Assembly (NCBI GenBank): GCA_010909165.1
Contig: MU008158.1
Location: forward strand, 1,141,478 to 1,205,477
Direction of reading: 5' to 3'
DNA from: Anthoceros angustus
Taxonomy: Eukaryota; Plantae; Anthocerotophyta
DNA length: 64,000 nt
Position 1 is the first letter of the stretch, and each line of letters begins with the position of its first letter. The position numbers were made by a program, and so were the translations under genes. Shown here one piece after another: positions 37,701 through 50,898 of this stretch. The notes under the pieces were generated by a model. That model was not told the origin of the DNA and did no database searches. It was given only the letters and a program-made list of their open reading frames with translations.

Positions 37701-40629
37701 CTTGTAACTTGATACCTGGAGGTCGTAGACAAAGAGGTGGGAGCTGTCATCCACCACGGCCAGCTTGGAACGTTTTGCTGATAAATCAAGGCAACGAATG
37801 GCATCTGTATGCTGGTACAACCGAACAGGAAATGTACTCCGAAGCCACACCCTGACAATTAAGCCATTTTTCATTCCCACCAATAGCCCCTCTCCGCCAG
37901 GAGGACCACCACAAACCTGTGCAGCATGATGGACTTTGTCAGCAATAACTACAAAAGCATTCCTTCTCCCCTATTTGCTCAACTTGTCCTTTGGATCAGC
38001 ATACCGTTGATACCACTATCCCCTTCCTTCTGTTGCTTACAACCTCACTCGATGTGGCAACGAGGGAGAGATAACAGGACATAGATGATGGAAAGATACA
38101 AAACCTTGATGTATCTGATGGTGGACTCCAAAATCCATTCCTTCTGCTTGGTTCCATCCAGAGCATAAAGCTGTAGCCTTGTCTCCTGCGAATTCAAGAC
38201 AAGAAGCTAAGCCACACTTGTGGAAGAGAAGTACTCTGGCTTGTCACCTGCATATGCGTCTAGAGAAGTTCAGACGTTCAAAACGAAGAAGCTTAGTCCA
38301 GGCTTACCTGACAAAGAGTTAGATGCTCTGCAGTAAGGACCAGCAGATTGCACTCAAGGGAGCGGTTGATTATTGCACATGGATTATACACAGGTTTCAT
38401 AGCAACCTCCTCACTCAGTTCATAGACAACTAAGCGGTTGGACAGCTGGACAGCCACCCTTCTCTGATAAACTGCTATCTTCTTTATATAGTCAGAGCAC
38501 TTGATGCGCACCTGATGGTCAATGCAGTTTAGACTGGCTACTCCCATTCTATGAGGTAACTTATGACTGTTAGAATACAGAGGATCTTTTTTATGAACCC
38601 ATCACTTTACATGCATTGGATGCTTGTCAGCAAATGGGTATAGCAGTCACGCTGAGCTCCTTCTCACTTGGCTGACCTTCTCATTTGTTAACAAATGCTG
38701 GACAACCACATCTGTCATGACATCTCTAAATGCGTAACGCTCCTTGTATAGTCCATGCACCTGAGGATAGAGATATTGGTGAACATGTATCATGGTGGTG
38801 TCTTCTCACACGCCGATGATCCACAAGCTCTTGACAAGGACAAGGACTGTACCGTTGAGAAGACTAACTGAAGCATAGAGATGCTGCCATCATTGCATCC
38901 AACTACAATGAAGTCATGCTTCGGACGGGACCGAACTGTCCAAACCCAGTCTGACGTCTCACACAATACTGTAAGCTTGATACCTTCAATTGAATACATC
39001 ACCACCTGCTCAAAAAGGGAGAATCATTTGAGTGTGACATTCAAGCATCTGACAATCGGCACCAACACATTCAATGTGAGATTACCATGTTGTCCGATCC
39101 TCCAACAGACAGGTACTTCCCATCGTGATAACTGACACAACAAGGATCAAACCCAAGCTCCTTGTCCCTGCAAATCTGGCGGCACAACAAATGGGAAAAA
39201 TGAAGAAAATCACAAGAAAAGTGATGCCGCAGTCCGGACGACAGATGCAGATGCAAACCTGCTTGCCTGCTAAATCATAAAACGAGAGGGTGCCATCCCA
39301 GCAGCCAACGGCAAGGGTATCTGATGTCTTATTTTGTGTCAAGTTCCACTGCAACGTCCAGATAGGTTCAGACCGTTCAATGACGACCTGCAGGGCAAGT
39401 GGTGAGGTTGATTCAGTGGCTCCTCCGCTTGAGTGGCCTTTTCCAGCATCCATACGCAGATGAAGGGGCTAACAGGAAGCCAGTGCATGCAAAGAAGCCA
39501 AACCTGTTCAACTCCATTCTTGTCGCAGATAGAAATTTGGCCACTGAACATTCCTAATGCCAAACGCTGGCCATCTCCAGTCCAGGAACAGCAGAGGATC
39601 TGATCATTCTTGTTTTTATTAGCAGAGTGGATGTAAAACTGAGCAGGATAGGGGTGAACGCCTTATCAGCCGTGGAAAGATCAGCACTGAAGAAATACCT
39701 TAGAGACAGCTTTATGCTTGGTAACAGACTTTTGCTCCGGAGACCATATCCCAAAATCTTTTGCCGTTCCACTAGCCAGCTGCTTGCACCGAAACTGAGT
39801 AATCATAGAGAAAAAAGAAAGGAAGGACGGGTAGCGAAGAAAATCAACTGAACTGACCTGCTGAGTGACAGGATTGTAAGCAAGGCACTGCACAGAATCA
39901 CCATGGCTGTATTTGAGGATTCCCTCTGCCTGCACGGATAGAGCGAACCCTTCTTGAATTCACAGATGCTACATCTGGTGAGGATAGCACAATCCGCACT
40001 CCGAATCAAACCAGAACAGGTGTCTTAGGTTCCGGAGAAACCTTGTGAGTCCATATGATGATTGTCTTGTCAGCCCCTCCTGAAGCAAATCTCTTTCCGT
40101 CACGAGAGTAAGCCACACAGTAAACGGCATCCTTGTGACCTGGAGAGACCCTTGACGTGAATTCTACAATCTCACACGCTCTCACTTCAGGTGACGAGGG
40201 GGGAGTTGCACGCTGACCTCTGAGAGAATGCAGCAAATCCCCCTCCTCTGCATCATACATAAGCACTCGACTTCCAACAGCTGCAATAAGCTGACTGCCA
40301 TCTGAAGAGGCAAAACTTGCCTCAGTCCAAATGTCGTGGTCACCTCAAGTCCACAACAACCACTATACGCGTATGTACAGCCACGACAACATAGCACAGG
40401 ACAAGACTCAACCCGAAACTTCCATCCTAGAACTACCTGGTCTGAAGGCCACGTCGTAGCAGATGCTCTTAATTCCATCATGCTCCGGCTAGGGGCCACA
40501 CAGCCAATCAAGGAGCATTAGCACAAACGCCCATCCCGATGCCCAGTACCTCCTCTCAGCTCAGATGCCGTAAGCGAACAATGAAATGCAGCATACCACT
40601 TGATCAGTCCATGCTACAACTGCTCGCAT
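34741..40629 (-). CDS. IFT122: Intraflagellar transport protein 122 (IFT-A complex, WD40), many exons
   Basis: [94 protein letters not shown]-terminal [19 protein letters not shown]. Confidence 0.95.
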
Positions 40630-40976
40630 TTTCCTCCCCGACTTGTTCCTTAATTGCCCACATTTGCTCCTGTCGAGTGGTATGAGATCAACCTCACCCG
40701 GAAAATACCATCATGACCATAAACCGAATTCGTGAGATTCACTGATAATGCATGAGAAAGAGGGATGTGGATTGATCGTGCGATTCTGTACGAGGAATTG
40801 TCGGGTGTGGCAACGTTGCTTCTCTTGGCTGATGTGATGCTACTACAGAGAAAGTCGGGAGGAAGAACCGTTGTTGGGGTTAACTGCAGTTAAGGCCAGA
40901 CTTGGGTAAACCGGTGGCTTGACGGAGCCCCGGGGCTATCTCTTTTCGTTGTGTGGTGAAAGGCAAGAACCAAAGG

Positions 40977-42061
40977 ATGGCCACGGCAACGAGCGTTGCC
41001 ACTCGCTCGTGCGTCCTCCAGTCCTCTGCTGCCCCGAGGCTACGGTCGGCTTCTTCTACCAGCTGCGGTTCTGCTTCATCCCCTTTGCAGTGCGGATTTC
41101 GTCGCCTCTCGGTTGCCAGGGATGCCTTGAGGCCCAGGGCCCTGCATTCCGCTGTGCTGCAATGGGATCCGCTCCGGGCGATGACGAGCCGGAACAGGGG
41201 CCTTGTAAGAAGCTGCCTGCCGGCGGGACGCGAGGGCCCATTCCATCTGTCGTCTCTTCTTGTGAGGCTCCCGTCCTGGTGATGGTTTTTGTGTGGAGGA
41301 AGACTTGTTCAGATGTTGTGAGCGAAGGCATCACTTTTGTGCGGGAACTCGTGTGGTGAGCAGGAGGATATTGAAGAAAACTTACTCGTCACTTCATCGG
41401 ACGGGGAAATCCGGTGGAAGGAGACGTTGTCCGCAGCACTTTTGGCAACAGCAACATTTTTGCAGGTATGTGTGGTCTTTGGGCTACATTCTTGGCCCCA
41501 GGCGTTCGTACGATTGGATGTTCTAAGGATTGTCCGTGGTAGGTTGGAGGCTCGGCACATGCAGGAGAGTTTGGGCCGCGTTATAATGAGCTTCCCGAAT
41601 TTAGAACCACTTCAGAAGGATGGGTAGTCGTGGGACTAACTTCGCTTGTGGCAGCCTTCATCTACCTGTTTGTTGTGCCGGTAAGCTTCCACAAACTGGT
41701 TGAAGTGCAATTCCGGTCGTCCGGTCCTTTTAATGTTGTCGTGCTGACAAGCATGTGTATCACCCTCTAGTTGGGCCTGTATTACTACCTGGATAAGCGC
41801 TGGTACAAGCGAAGTACGCTGGAAACCTTCTTCCAATTTCTGCTGGTCTTCCTCTTTTTTCCTGGGTAAGGTCATCATCGTTTTTTTCCGGGTATGCTTC
41901 TGCTGCAACCCAGTGCAGTTGGGCGGTGAACGATCCTTTGTAAGAGGTTGGCAGTGAGTCCAGAGCTTTTGACATGTCGTTCTGATTTTTGCAGGTTGTT
42001 GCTTTTGGCACCCTTCATCAACCTCAGACGACTACCAAAGGATGGAACCGAAGCACCTTGA
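40977..42061 (+). CDS. ndhL: Chloroplast NDH complex subunit L
   Basis: Ser/Ala/Arg-rich transit peptide, then spliced AAFIYLFVVP|LGLYYYLDKRWYKRSTLETFFQFLLVFLFFPG|LLLLAPFINLRRLPKDG, matching the NdhL/CRR23 pattern. Confidence 0.88.
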
Positions 42062-42940
42062 AGTGTCCTCTCTCTGCCGTGTACTATATTTGTAACACAG
42101 ACCAGGAATTCAAAATCGTTGGACTAAACGTCACGAACCATTCATGCATGTGGAGCGGGTCCCTTGGCACACCATTTGAGCAGTCTCAAGGGGACAGACT
42201 TCAGTACCCGGTTTCGCCAGTGCTTTCCTTGCCACGCAAATTGAGCAGTTACAAGAGGGCAGAACTCCACGTTTCGCCAGTGCTTCTTAGCACCAGGCAG
42301 CACACTGTCCACAAGTTCGCAATAACGATGTAGGCACAAACCCCTCCGTGGTATAACACCGATGTAAGACATCCAAGTTTCATTTTACAACTGCTGACAA
42401 CGTTGCAATCGCCCGCACCGGGCATTCATGCCACCGGTTTTGTGATTTACAGGCGTCAAAAAGAACTCCGGGCCAGTTTGCAAATTGGGCAAACCACGAC
42501 GTATCTACAGAACAATCATGATCAAAGTCCAGAGTTCACACAATACCGACCTAGTTTACTCTAGCACCTGCCTACTTTTCTACAATAACCTGTTGAAATA
42601 CCTTCACTCAGAACAGCCTCTGAATGAAGTGCACATGCCTTAACTGCCACTATACCTCATAGCCGCTCCGTAGTACATGTGTACAATTGAGTTTGGCTCC
42701 TGAGACTCCAGGGCTAGGGTGTGACACCTTATTCCGTGTAGATACAGGCTCCCTGCCATGCCACCGACCCACTCCATGGGTATCCGGATCCAAGGCTGCT
42801 GAACAGCCACAACCTAGAAATTCTGACAAGAAATTCCTTAGAAACAGTGAGGGTGTGGCCTGGAGTCGGGATTCCTCCATAATGCGAACAGCAGATCATG
42901 ATAATAGACAACACACCCAGCCGAAGCATCAAGTCTGTGC

Positions 42941-44097
42941 CTAGAGGGCCATTTCTGCTTGTAAAGCAGCAAGCTCATCCTCTTCCGCGGAGCTCTGCGG
43001 TGCCACTTTCTGAGGTGCTGGTTTCTGGGCAGGCCTGTATGGTGTAGAAGGCATCGGAGTAGTAACACTTGGTGTGAGTAGTTGGTCCTCAAATTCCGCT
43101 CCCTCCAGCTCTTCCAGCTCAGCTTCCAACTCGTCCTGAAGAACGCCAGTTGCACCAGTAAATACTTCACAATGAAAGAAAGAATCAGGAGACCTGTGAA
43201 CATGTCACTCGCCGACACACTTACCTCGTCAAAATCAGCAGCCGCTCCAATTGGAGTCGACAAAGCTTCTTGAATCTGCTTCATATTCTCTGTCTGCTCA
43301 TTAATTTCATCCATGGTCTTGTCGACATCATCTATATTCCTGTGATGGAAGCGGAAAAACATTAATACTTGCAGAGCATTGTGTGATGACAAGTTGAAAT
43401 CCACTCGGTACCAGAAAAAGCACGGTAGGAACAACATACGTCGCCTTCTGAATGGCCTTCATGGCAGTTGCTCCGCTGCGAAGGGCATCAACCGTCTCTG
43501 TTGTAGCCTTGGCTCCTTCAAGCATTATCATCTGCGACAGTATATTAGCACCATGGCAGGGTCAGCAATACAACTTGCTTTGAATTTGTTCTACACACAG
43601 AATTACTACACAATGTCAGCAACAGTACCTGATCGTGAATCCGCAACTGGAAATTCCCAAGCTGCTCCACCTGCACTTCGTACAGCTTCTTTCTCTTGAG
43701 ACATTGAATAGCAGCTGCATGACGGAGAACCAACACATAAGATGTGAGTCGACAGTTTCACCATCAGATATATCATCTCTAACACAACCAACTCACACTG
43801 AAAACACAAAAACACAACCTCTCCAACGTACCTCTTTTGTTTTTTTGACGTGTGGCCTCCCTAGCTTTCTCAATTTCATTGGCAATTTTCTTCTGCAGCA
43901 CCTTCTCTTTCTTCTCCAGCATATCAAGAGTCTGCACTACCGAAAACATCAGCATGAGCCAACCCATCCAACTAGATTGACAGGTCATAAGATAAATACA
44001 AACATCTCAGACTCAGATGCATCACCTCACTCAGCTTGTCGAGTGTCGAAAGAGTCGACGGCTCTTCCTTCGGCCGGCCAAACAGTCTGTTGAACAT
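42941..44097 (-). CDS. VPS32: ESCRT-III subunit VPS32/SNF7
   Basis: MFNRLFGRPKEE, TLDMLEKKEKVLQKKIANEIEKAR, AIQCLKRKKLYE, IMLEGAKATTETVDALRSGA, DDVDKTMDEINEQTENMKQIQEALSTPIG, DELAALQAEMAL*. Confidence 0.96.
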
Positions 44098-45166
44098 GAT
44101 TGCTGGCTGCAAGAAACCCTAGATGAGAATTTGTAGCAACCAGTCCAACAACAGCCCTTTAGGTGTCCTGTTGTAAATCCGCGTCACACACCACCATATG
44201 TTTGCCAACCCGTGTGCAGGCACCCGCGTCCCGCGACGCGAATCTAGTAAGCTGACCGAAGATCTACTCGGTAATCACAAAACGCCACACAGCTTTGACG
44301 TTGGACGCAAGCACTCGGTCAGATTTCTAACCGACGCTCCGTCAGTGTGATCCGCCTCTAGGCATGGGATCCAGGGCACCACAAAATTTGCACGAAATTC
44401 CTGAATCCCACTTCCCGATACTCTACACTTCCGCGGGTGCCAAAATCTAGCTCTTGAAGAAGCAGCAAAGCAAACTGGCCCTACTACTCCAACCCCGCAG
44501 CTGCTAGATCCCTTCAAGCTACTGCCGCTAGTGCACACAGATTGTTGCCGCGTCCAAGCGTGACCATTCCTAGCGCTTCGGCTTCGGCAGCCCGGCTCCG
44601 GGCACAGTGGCACCAATTCGCGACCGGCACCTGCCGTGCCGCGTCCCCTCCCTGGTTCCCTGATGGAGACAGAGAAGCAATGAGAGGCAGAGACCAGGGC
44701 ACTGCTGGCGGAGAGCTCGGGGATGAGACCTCCGCGGGCCGGGTAGGATGAGAGTGGAAGGTAGACGGAGGGAAGTAACAGGAAAGCACAGGTCCGCGTG
44801 TCAGGTTACACAATATGTGACTCCATTGCCCGGGTACATACATACTTATACAGTACCTATATACAAGCAGTAACTTCTACAGCAGGTTACCGAGTCACGG
44901 CTCACGGAGAGCTAGGAAACGCGTCCAACAGTCTATCTTGGCAACAGCAGACTACTTAGATGTCTAATTCGGAGCCCTGATTCTTGCATAGTGTCATGGA
45001 GCCTGGAGGAGGGTGAGCCAAAAATTTGGAAGGCCATGTCAAAACTTGTATCCCTGCTGCGGAAACCGGGATGTGCGAATCATCAACTGATGATGCTGTC
45101 TCTCAGGCAAGCTGCATCCACAGGCATTGACGCAAGAGGATGGAACGAAGGGGCAGCCGGACCTGA

Positions 45167-46157
45167 TCACCCTTGCTGCTGCTGCTGCTGCTGCAACCTG
45201 AGGGATGAGATGAGGTCCAGGGTGTGTTGCCGCATCTCGGTCACATTGTCTGCAGTGACTTGAGATCGGAGGAGAGCCGGGATGTCGGGCTCCCTGAATC
45301 CTGTCCTCTTGTCTTGGAAGGCCTGGCAGATGACCTTGGCTATGGCCATGACATACACCCCGCAGTCGTAGCTGTTCTCCTGCTGCGGTGTGACCGGCTC
45401 GGTGAGCTTTGCCGACGCAGCAGCTGGCCCTGAGAGAGAGGAATGTCGGTATGAGAGACAGAGACACGAGGCAGTGGCACTGACTAGGGCAACATGCTGC
45501 AGTTACCTATGAAGGGCTTGATGATGTTCACCAGGGCGCGGGCTTGCCTCCAATTCGTGCCTGACATGCTATCGAAATGCTCGAACGTATTTCTTTGCCT
45601 GCCACACATGAAACAAGTGAGCAGAGAAGGTGTTACAACTCCATCCGGGGACAGACATGTCTTGACAGGGAAGGACAAGGACAGTACAGCGGACCTGGTG
45701 TAGACGAGCAACGTCCAGTGAGTGCCGCCTTCAGCAGTCTCCACATCTTCATTGTTGTTCAAGGCAAACAAGATGACCTGCAAGTGAAGGGACACCCGGA
45801 TTAGCGTCCTGTGCCCGGCAGGGGCCAATTGACAAGAAGGCGGAACCCTAGGCTGACAGATGGTGCAGGAAGCGGGAACGACAGACAGCGAACCTGACGA
45901 TCCGGCAAATTGAGAGGCTGGATGGAAGCCTGCAGACCGTCCGCGTCGGGGCAATGCAGGAGCCAGAATGTGAGCGAGGGGCCGACGAGGAGGAGCGGGC
46001 CGGAGTCGGGAGCTCCCTCTGCAGGCCTGTGTTGCAGGGTGAGGTGGTAGAAGAAGAACTCGATGATCTGGTCATTGAGGTAATGAGGGCCCTGCAGCAG
46101 GTCCATGTCCGGGTGTCGCAGCACCACGGGTCCATAGCTGAGCACGGGGCCGTCCAT
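45167..46157 (-). CDS. SENP8: NEDD8-specific protease (SENP8/DEN1, peptidase C48)
   Basis: VLSYG..DMDLLQGPHYLNDQIIEFFF, GGTHWTLLVY, HFDS, PQQENSYDCGVYV. C-terminal polyQ. Confidence 0.9.
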
Positions 46158-47265
46158 GGCTGCCGGCTCCTTGCCTAGCGCTCCAGCGTCCAGCAGGCCG
46201 GGGTCCAGGAGGAGTGCTGCCGCTGCCGCATCCCCTGCCCCGAACCAGAAATCGACATTGATGTCCCACACCTTATCTATTTTCGCAGACGTTCGATCCC
46301 GCGTCCTCTGCTCTGCCTTGCTCCTCCTTTGCTCCCACCAAAATGCTAGAGCGAGCCGAGACAGAAACACCTCGAGCGAGGCCGAGGATGGTACATAATC
46401 GAGAGCAGAACAAGGGCCGCAGGCAGACAAATAGCGATCGACCGCGGCTTTCCCGCGCCGTTACTTGAGACTCCGTTTCTACAAACAATTTCAGGTACAG
46501 ACCGAAAATGCTAAGCAGCATTTCAGAAGGGAAAGGTCTGGAAGAGACTGGTCTGGAAAAGACAAGAGACACGGTACGTAGTGTGCGCTGAGGAGAGGAG
46601 CAAGTGTGAAGTCGCACAATGCACACGCGTGTTTGCTGCTCAAAAATGAAACAATCAAATTAAGCAGATAATCGACATAAGTTTCAGCGGCCATGTGACA
46701 TCCATCTACAAGTCCATGCAAGCCTGTCTGTAAGTAAGTCTGCCTGTCTGTCTGTGTCCGCGTCTTCACATCTCAGTCTGCACTGGTTCTCTCACCTCCT
46801 GCCGCATCAGCCCCTACACAACCATGAGCCCAAGACACAAGGCAGAGCTTCCACGAGCAATAGCTCCCAAGAATGGCTTCAAGACAAAACTTTAACGTCA
46901 ATACAAGTTCTACGACAAGTCGCAACTTCTTATGAACATCTACGTCAACCATAGAGCTCCACAGCTGCTGCTTACACTGCGCCCCCTCTAGCAGGGTCAT
47001 TCAGGACCCTGCAGGATAACCAAAACCCTGGGCCATGCCTGCCCTGGGTGACACAGCTAACTCCCAGACAGAAGAAGCGAATCCTTGAAGCACAACTTTG
47101 AGGTCAGTCATGGATAAACTTGCATTGCCTTGCTCGAGTGCTCCATCCGGTTGAGGAAAGCTTTGGACCAAACCTTCTTCATGCTTGTAGTGTAGTATAA
47201 GCCTAAACCCGACAGGAAAAAAAGCGGCACCAGATCCCCTCCCCTTCCCTCCTGCAAAGATTAGG

Positions 47266-48454
47266 TCAGTCATCGTATTCTGCTGCATGTTCCAATAAGT
47301 AGTTGGCGGCCAACTGCTCGTTCTTGTCGCACGCCAGGTACGCCTCGATCACCAGGGCCCGGTCGAACCCCATGCCCTCCAGCCGGTCGATAGCTTCCCG
47401 CTCCTCGGGTGTCACGTTGATGGGCTGGGCGTTCCCCATGAGTTGCGCCAGCGCTTCCCCGCCCTCGCCAGCATCGCCGCCCGCCTCGTTGATGAGGCGG
47501 AGAAACTCCCCCTGGTTCTCCGTGATGAGCCGCAGCAGCTGCGGGTTCTGCTTGCCCAGCTCCTGCAGCATGGGCTGCAAGATTTGAGGATTGGCCTGCA
47601 CCATATTCCGCAGCGCCAGAAACTGGCCGTTGTTGCGCAAAAAATCTAGGGTTCCGACACCCCCACCGCCCCCGCCTCCCACGCCGGGCATGCCCTGAGG
47701 AAACAGGTCCAGCGGCGCGGCATTAGCCCCGCGGGCGCGTTGATGCCGCCGCCCTGCGCATGCTGCTGCGGCCCGCCTCCCGGAGCTGCCGCCGCATCCC
47801 GCCAGCCGCGGGCGCCACCCCGGAACCCGCGCCACGGGAGGAGCCAAGTTGTCTGGGATACCAGAGTAGAGATACTCCACGGCCCGCTCCGGGTTGTTAA
47901 ACGCGGCTCGCAGCGCCTGCAGCACCGTCTCCCTGTTCCAGCTCCGCCTCCCATGTCCACCATCTGCTGGATGGTCTGCTCCAGCCCGAGCCCGCCACCA
48001 GGTTAGACGCTGCATGCCCGTACGCATCCCCAACGGGCGCCGCAGCCTCGGCCGCGGGGCTGGGTGCCGCCGCCGGCACCACCTGCGAGGAAGAAGGCGG
48101 CGGCGGCGGCGCGGGGCCGCCTCCGCTGCCGGGGCCGCTGCTGGAGCCGGAGCCGCATTCGGAGGCGGAGCCGGGGCGGCCGCAGCCGGAGGCGGGGCCG
48201 GGGCCGGGCGGAGCCGCGGCCTTGGCCTTGGTGAGCATCACCACAAGGAAGCCGTTGTCAGACACCTTGTTGTCCTCCATGGTGGTCTCGTCCTTGAGCA
48301 CCTTGCCCTGATGGATGAGCAGCTGCTGCGCGCAAGGAAAGGCTTCCTTGCCCTGCGTCTCCTCGATCTGCTTCTTCACGGCCATCACCGTGTCCGCAGG
48401 GTTCACCTCCATCTCGAACTGGTTCCCCCGCAGGGTCTTCACGGATATCTTCAT
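47266..48454 (-). CDS. RAD23: Ubiquitin receptor RAD23 (UBL-UBA1-XPC/STI1-UBA2), intronless, with apparent frameshifts
   Basis: [113 protein letters not shown]. All domains lie within 1189 contiguous bp. Confidence 0.93.
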
Positions 48455-49217
48455 GGCGGCCGACGCCGACGCTGCCGCTGCCGCTCCCTGCTCGGTGCGC
48501 GCCCGCCTGCGTCCCCTGCTGCTGCTTGCGCGAATGCAAACCCTCTCAGCAGGCCACCCTTGTATGCCTACGCGTCCCTCGAGGATCAAATGCTCTCCCC
48601 GAGGCCAGCCTTGCTACGAAAGCCACAGGAAGAAAGAAAGAACAGCCACGAAAGGAAAGAAGCCAGGCAGTGGCACGCCAAAAAGATCTTACATAGCACT
48701 AGGGTCTAGGCGCTCACGCACCCCTATTTCTATACCCTGCCCGCTTCGCCTCCAACAAGTACCTTGTACAACACTATCTACCAACCTTACTTACATTGTA
48801 TAGGCACCCGTTTTATACCTATGGCTAATAGCGGATCGCTTTTTCACCGACTATTAGTGAGTTATTTGAATCAAGTATTGATATTTAATTATTTGTTAAT
48901 CATAAATAAACAAAAAATACCTAAAAATAATACTCTCATCAAAAACTCCTAACCATACATCCCATGAGACTCGAGGTGGATATGACCTAGGAATTAGGTA
49001 CGTCCGGAGATGCGATAGAAACTGAGAAGTACCGGGAGGTTGATGTGATTCAAGGTTTCCGAGCACGGGATATAGCTGGAGGTTGATGTGAACCAAACTA
49101 GGGCCGTATCTATAAGGTTTACGGACACCCGGTCTATGGTCGGATAATTATATGATCAGAAGATAATGTGGTTGGAGATTAATGTGACTACAACTAAGAC
49201 TGAATATATCTCTCTTA

Positions 49218-49520
49218 TTGGCTCCTTACTTTCTCTCTGTAGTCTAATATTTTACCTGCATTTTAGGTGATTGTAAGGATTCCTTGGACAGAGACCAGCT
49301 TACAGGTAGTTCGGACACGACTGTTCCATCACCTCATAGCGTGGAGTTGGTAAGCTCTGGATCACATATGGCTCCTTACTTTCTGTATAACCTACTATTT
49401 TACCTGCGCTTTAGGTGATGGTAAGGATTACTTGGACAGAGACCAGCCTACAGGTGGTTCAAACACGACTGTTCCAGGCCCGTCACCTTATGCCGTGGAG
49501 TTGGTAAGCTCTGGATCACA
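49218..49520. repeat. ~150-bp diverged tandem duplication upstream of GPI gene 1
   Basis: TGGCTCCTTACTTTCT...TTAGGTGA..GTAAGGATT..TTGGACAGAGACCAGC..GTGGAGTTGGTAAGCTCTGGATCACA occurs twice. Confidence 0.85.
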
Positions 49521-49660
49521 GGCAGACCGTCGGACGGGTGTGCGTGTGAAAGCTTTCCCGAGGCGCCATGGCTGCCCGTTTGCGATCGTCCGGTTCTCGA
49601 GGCTCGCCAGCTGTTGGAGTTGTTCCGCCCGCGGACCTGTCGGATGCTCAGCTTAGTTCC

Positions 49661-50898
49661 ATGTTGGAGCATTCCATGCATCGTTCTATGCTGTTGATGA
49701 CCTTGACCGCGGTCATGATGGTGCTATGCCTGGCATCAAGCTGCAACGCTGGTAAGAGCGAACCTACATAGCTTCAGTGCGTGTATTTTGCTTTTGTCTT
49801 CTACCTCTGGAGTAGTAGCACGAGGCATTGGATGTGATCATGACAAATGCTTGATGCGTGGATTTAGATGTTCGAAAGCAGAAGCAACAGGGAAATGGAG
49901 GCGAACGAGAGACATGTTTCCCTGCCTCTGTAGTTAGTTGTGTCTGCTGGAAGCTTGGAATTTGTGACTGCTACGGACACGCTGGTTTGTCAACTGTCGT
50001 GTCCTTTAAAAGCTCATCTCAATAGCTCTTATTGGAAGGATGCTGCGTGCTTGTGGCTGGAAGGATGCTGCGTGCTTGTGAAGGTGACGCAGGCCGTTCC
50101 TTGTGTTAGGATGTGTTATGTGGCACAAAGTCGTTCGCACAAGGAAACGTCTTTGATTGAACTTTTGCCTCTGCGTGGTAGAAGGCACTCTGTTTCTGAG
50201 ATGTGTTGTCTTTACTTTAGAAGGGAGTGTTCTTAGAAGATGGCCTGCCTTCAGGGCCAGCTTCTTCTGCTTGCTGGTAGAATGTTTGGTCAAAATGTCT
50301 TGCTTCAGAGAAGTAACGTTTCTCCTTGTCCACCGTTGCAGAGAGTAATGCCACCATCGTAGGCAAAGAAGCAGATCTTTTGAACGGCATCAACAACTAC
50401 AGGCTGGCCATAAACAGGTCAGCACTGACCGTGAACGCTGGAGCGCAATGTTTGGCAACTCGTCTGGCTCCTTATTACAAGGACAGCGACTGCACTAATA
50501 CCTCAGCGCAATACGAGATGCCAGACGCTTTCAGCATTAACGGCTATGACGACTCTATTCAGTATTGCCGTATTCCACCACAAAATGTCCAAGACGCAGA
50601 GATCTTGCCTGTGTGTGTGAATGACTCCCTTGTCCATTCAGCTTTGCCCTTCTACACTACGACGAAGCAAGTGGAGTACCAAGCAGCTATCAACTCATCC
50701 AATTATGTGTCAGCTGGAGTTGGTTCGGCCGGTAACTACTTCTTCGTCATCCTAGGTACCTCTACTGAAACTGGAAATCTGGCGCAGAATGCGCTGAACG
50801 GAGCGTATTCCAAGAGTGTTCCCATGCTCTCCATCTTAATGCCTTTTCTCGTGGCTCTACTGATGTCCAATGGCTTGATAGGTGGGGTTGTGTCCTAA
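49661..50898 (+). CDS. At3g06035/At5g19250-like GPI-anchored protein 1
   Basis: Signal-peptide exon (~49661-49752) and phase-1 intron, then EADLLNGINNYR..AQCLA..C..ILPVCV..SSNYVSAGVGSAGNYFFVILGT and a hydrophobic C-terminal GPI signal. The start codon could be 49661, 49676 or 49688. Confidence 0.8.
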
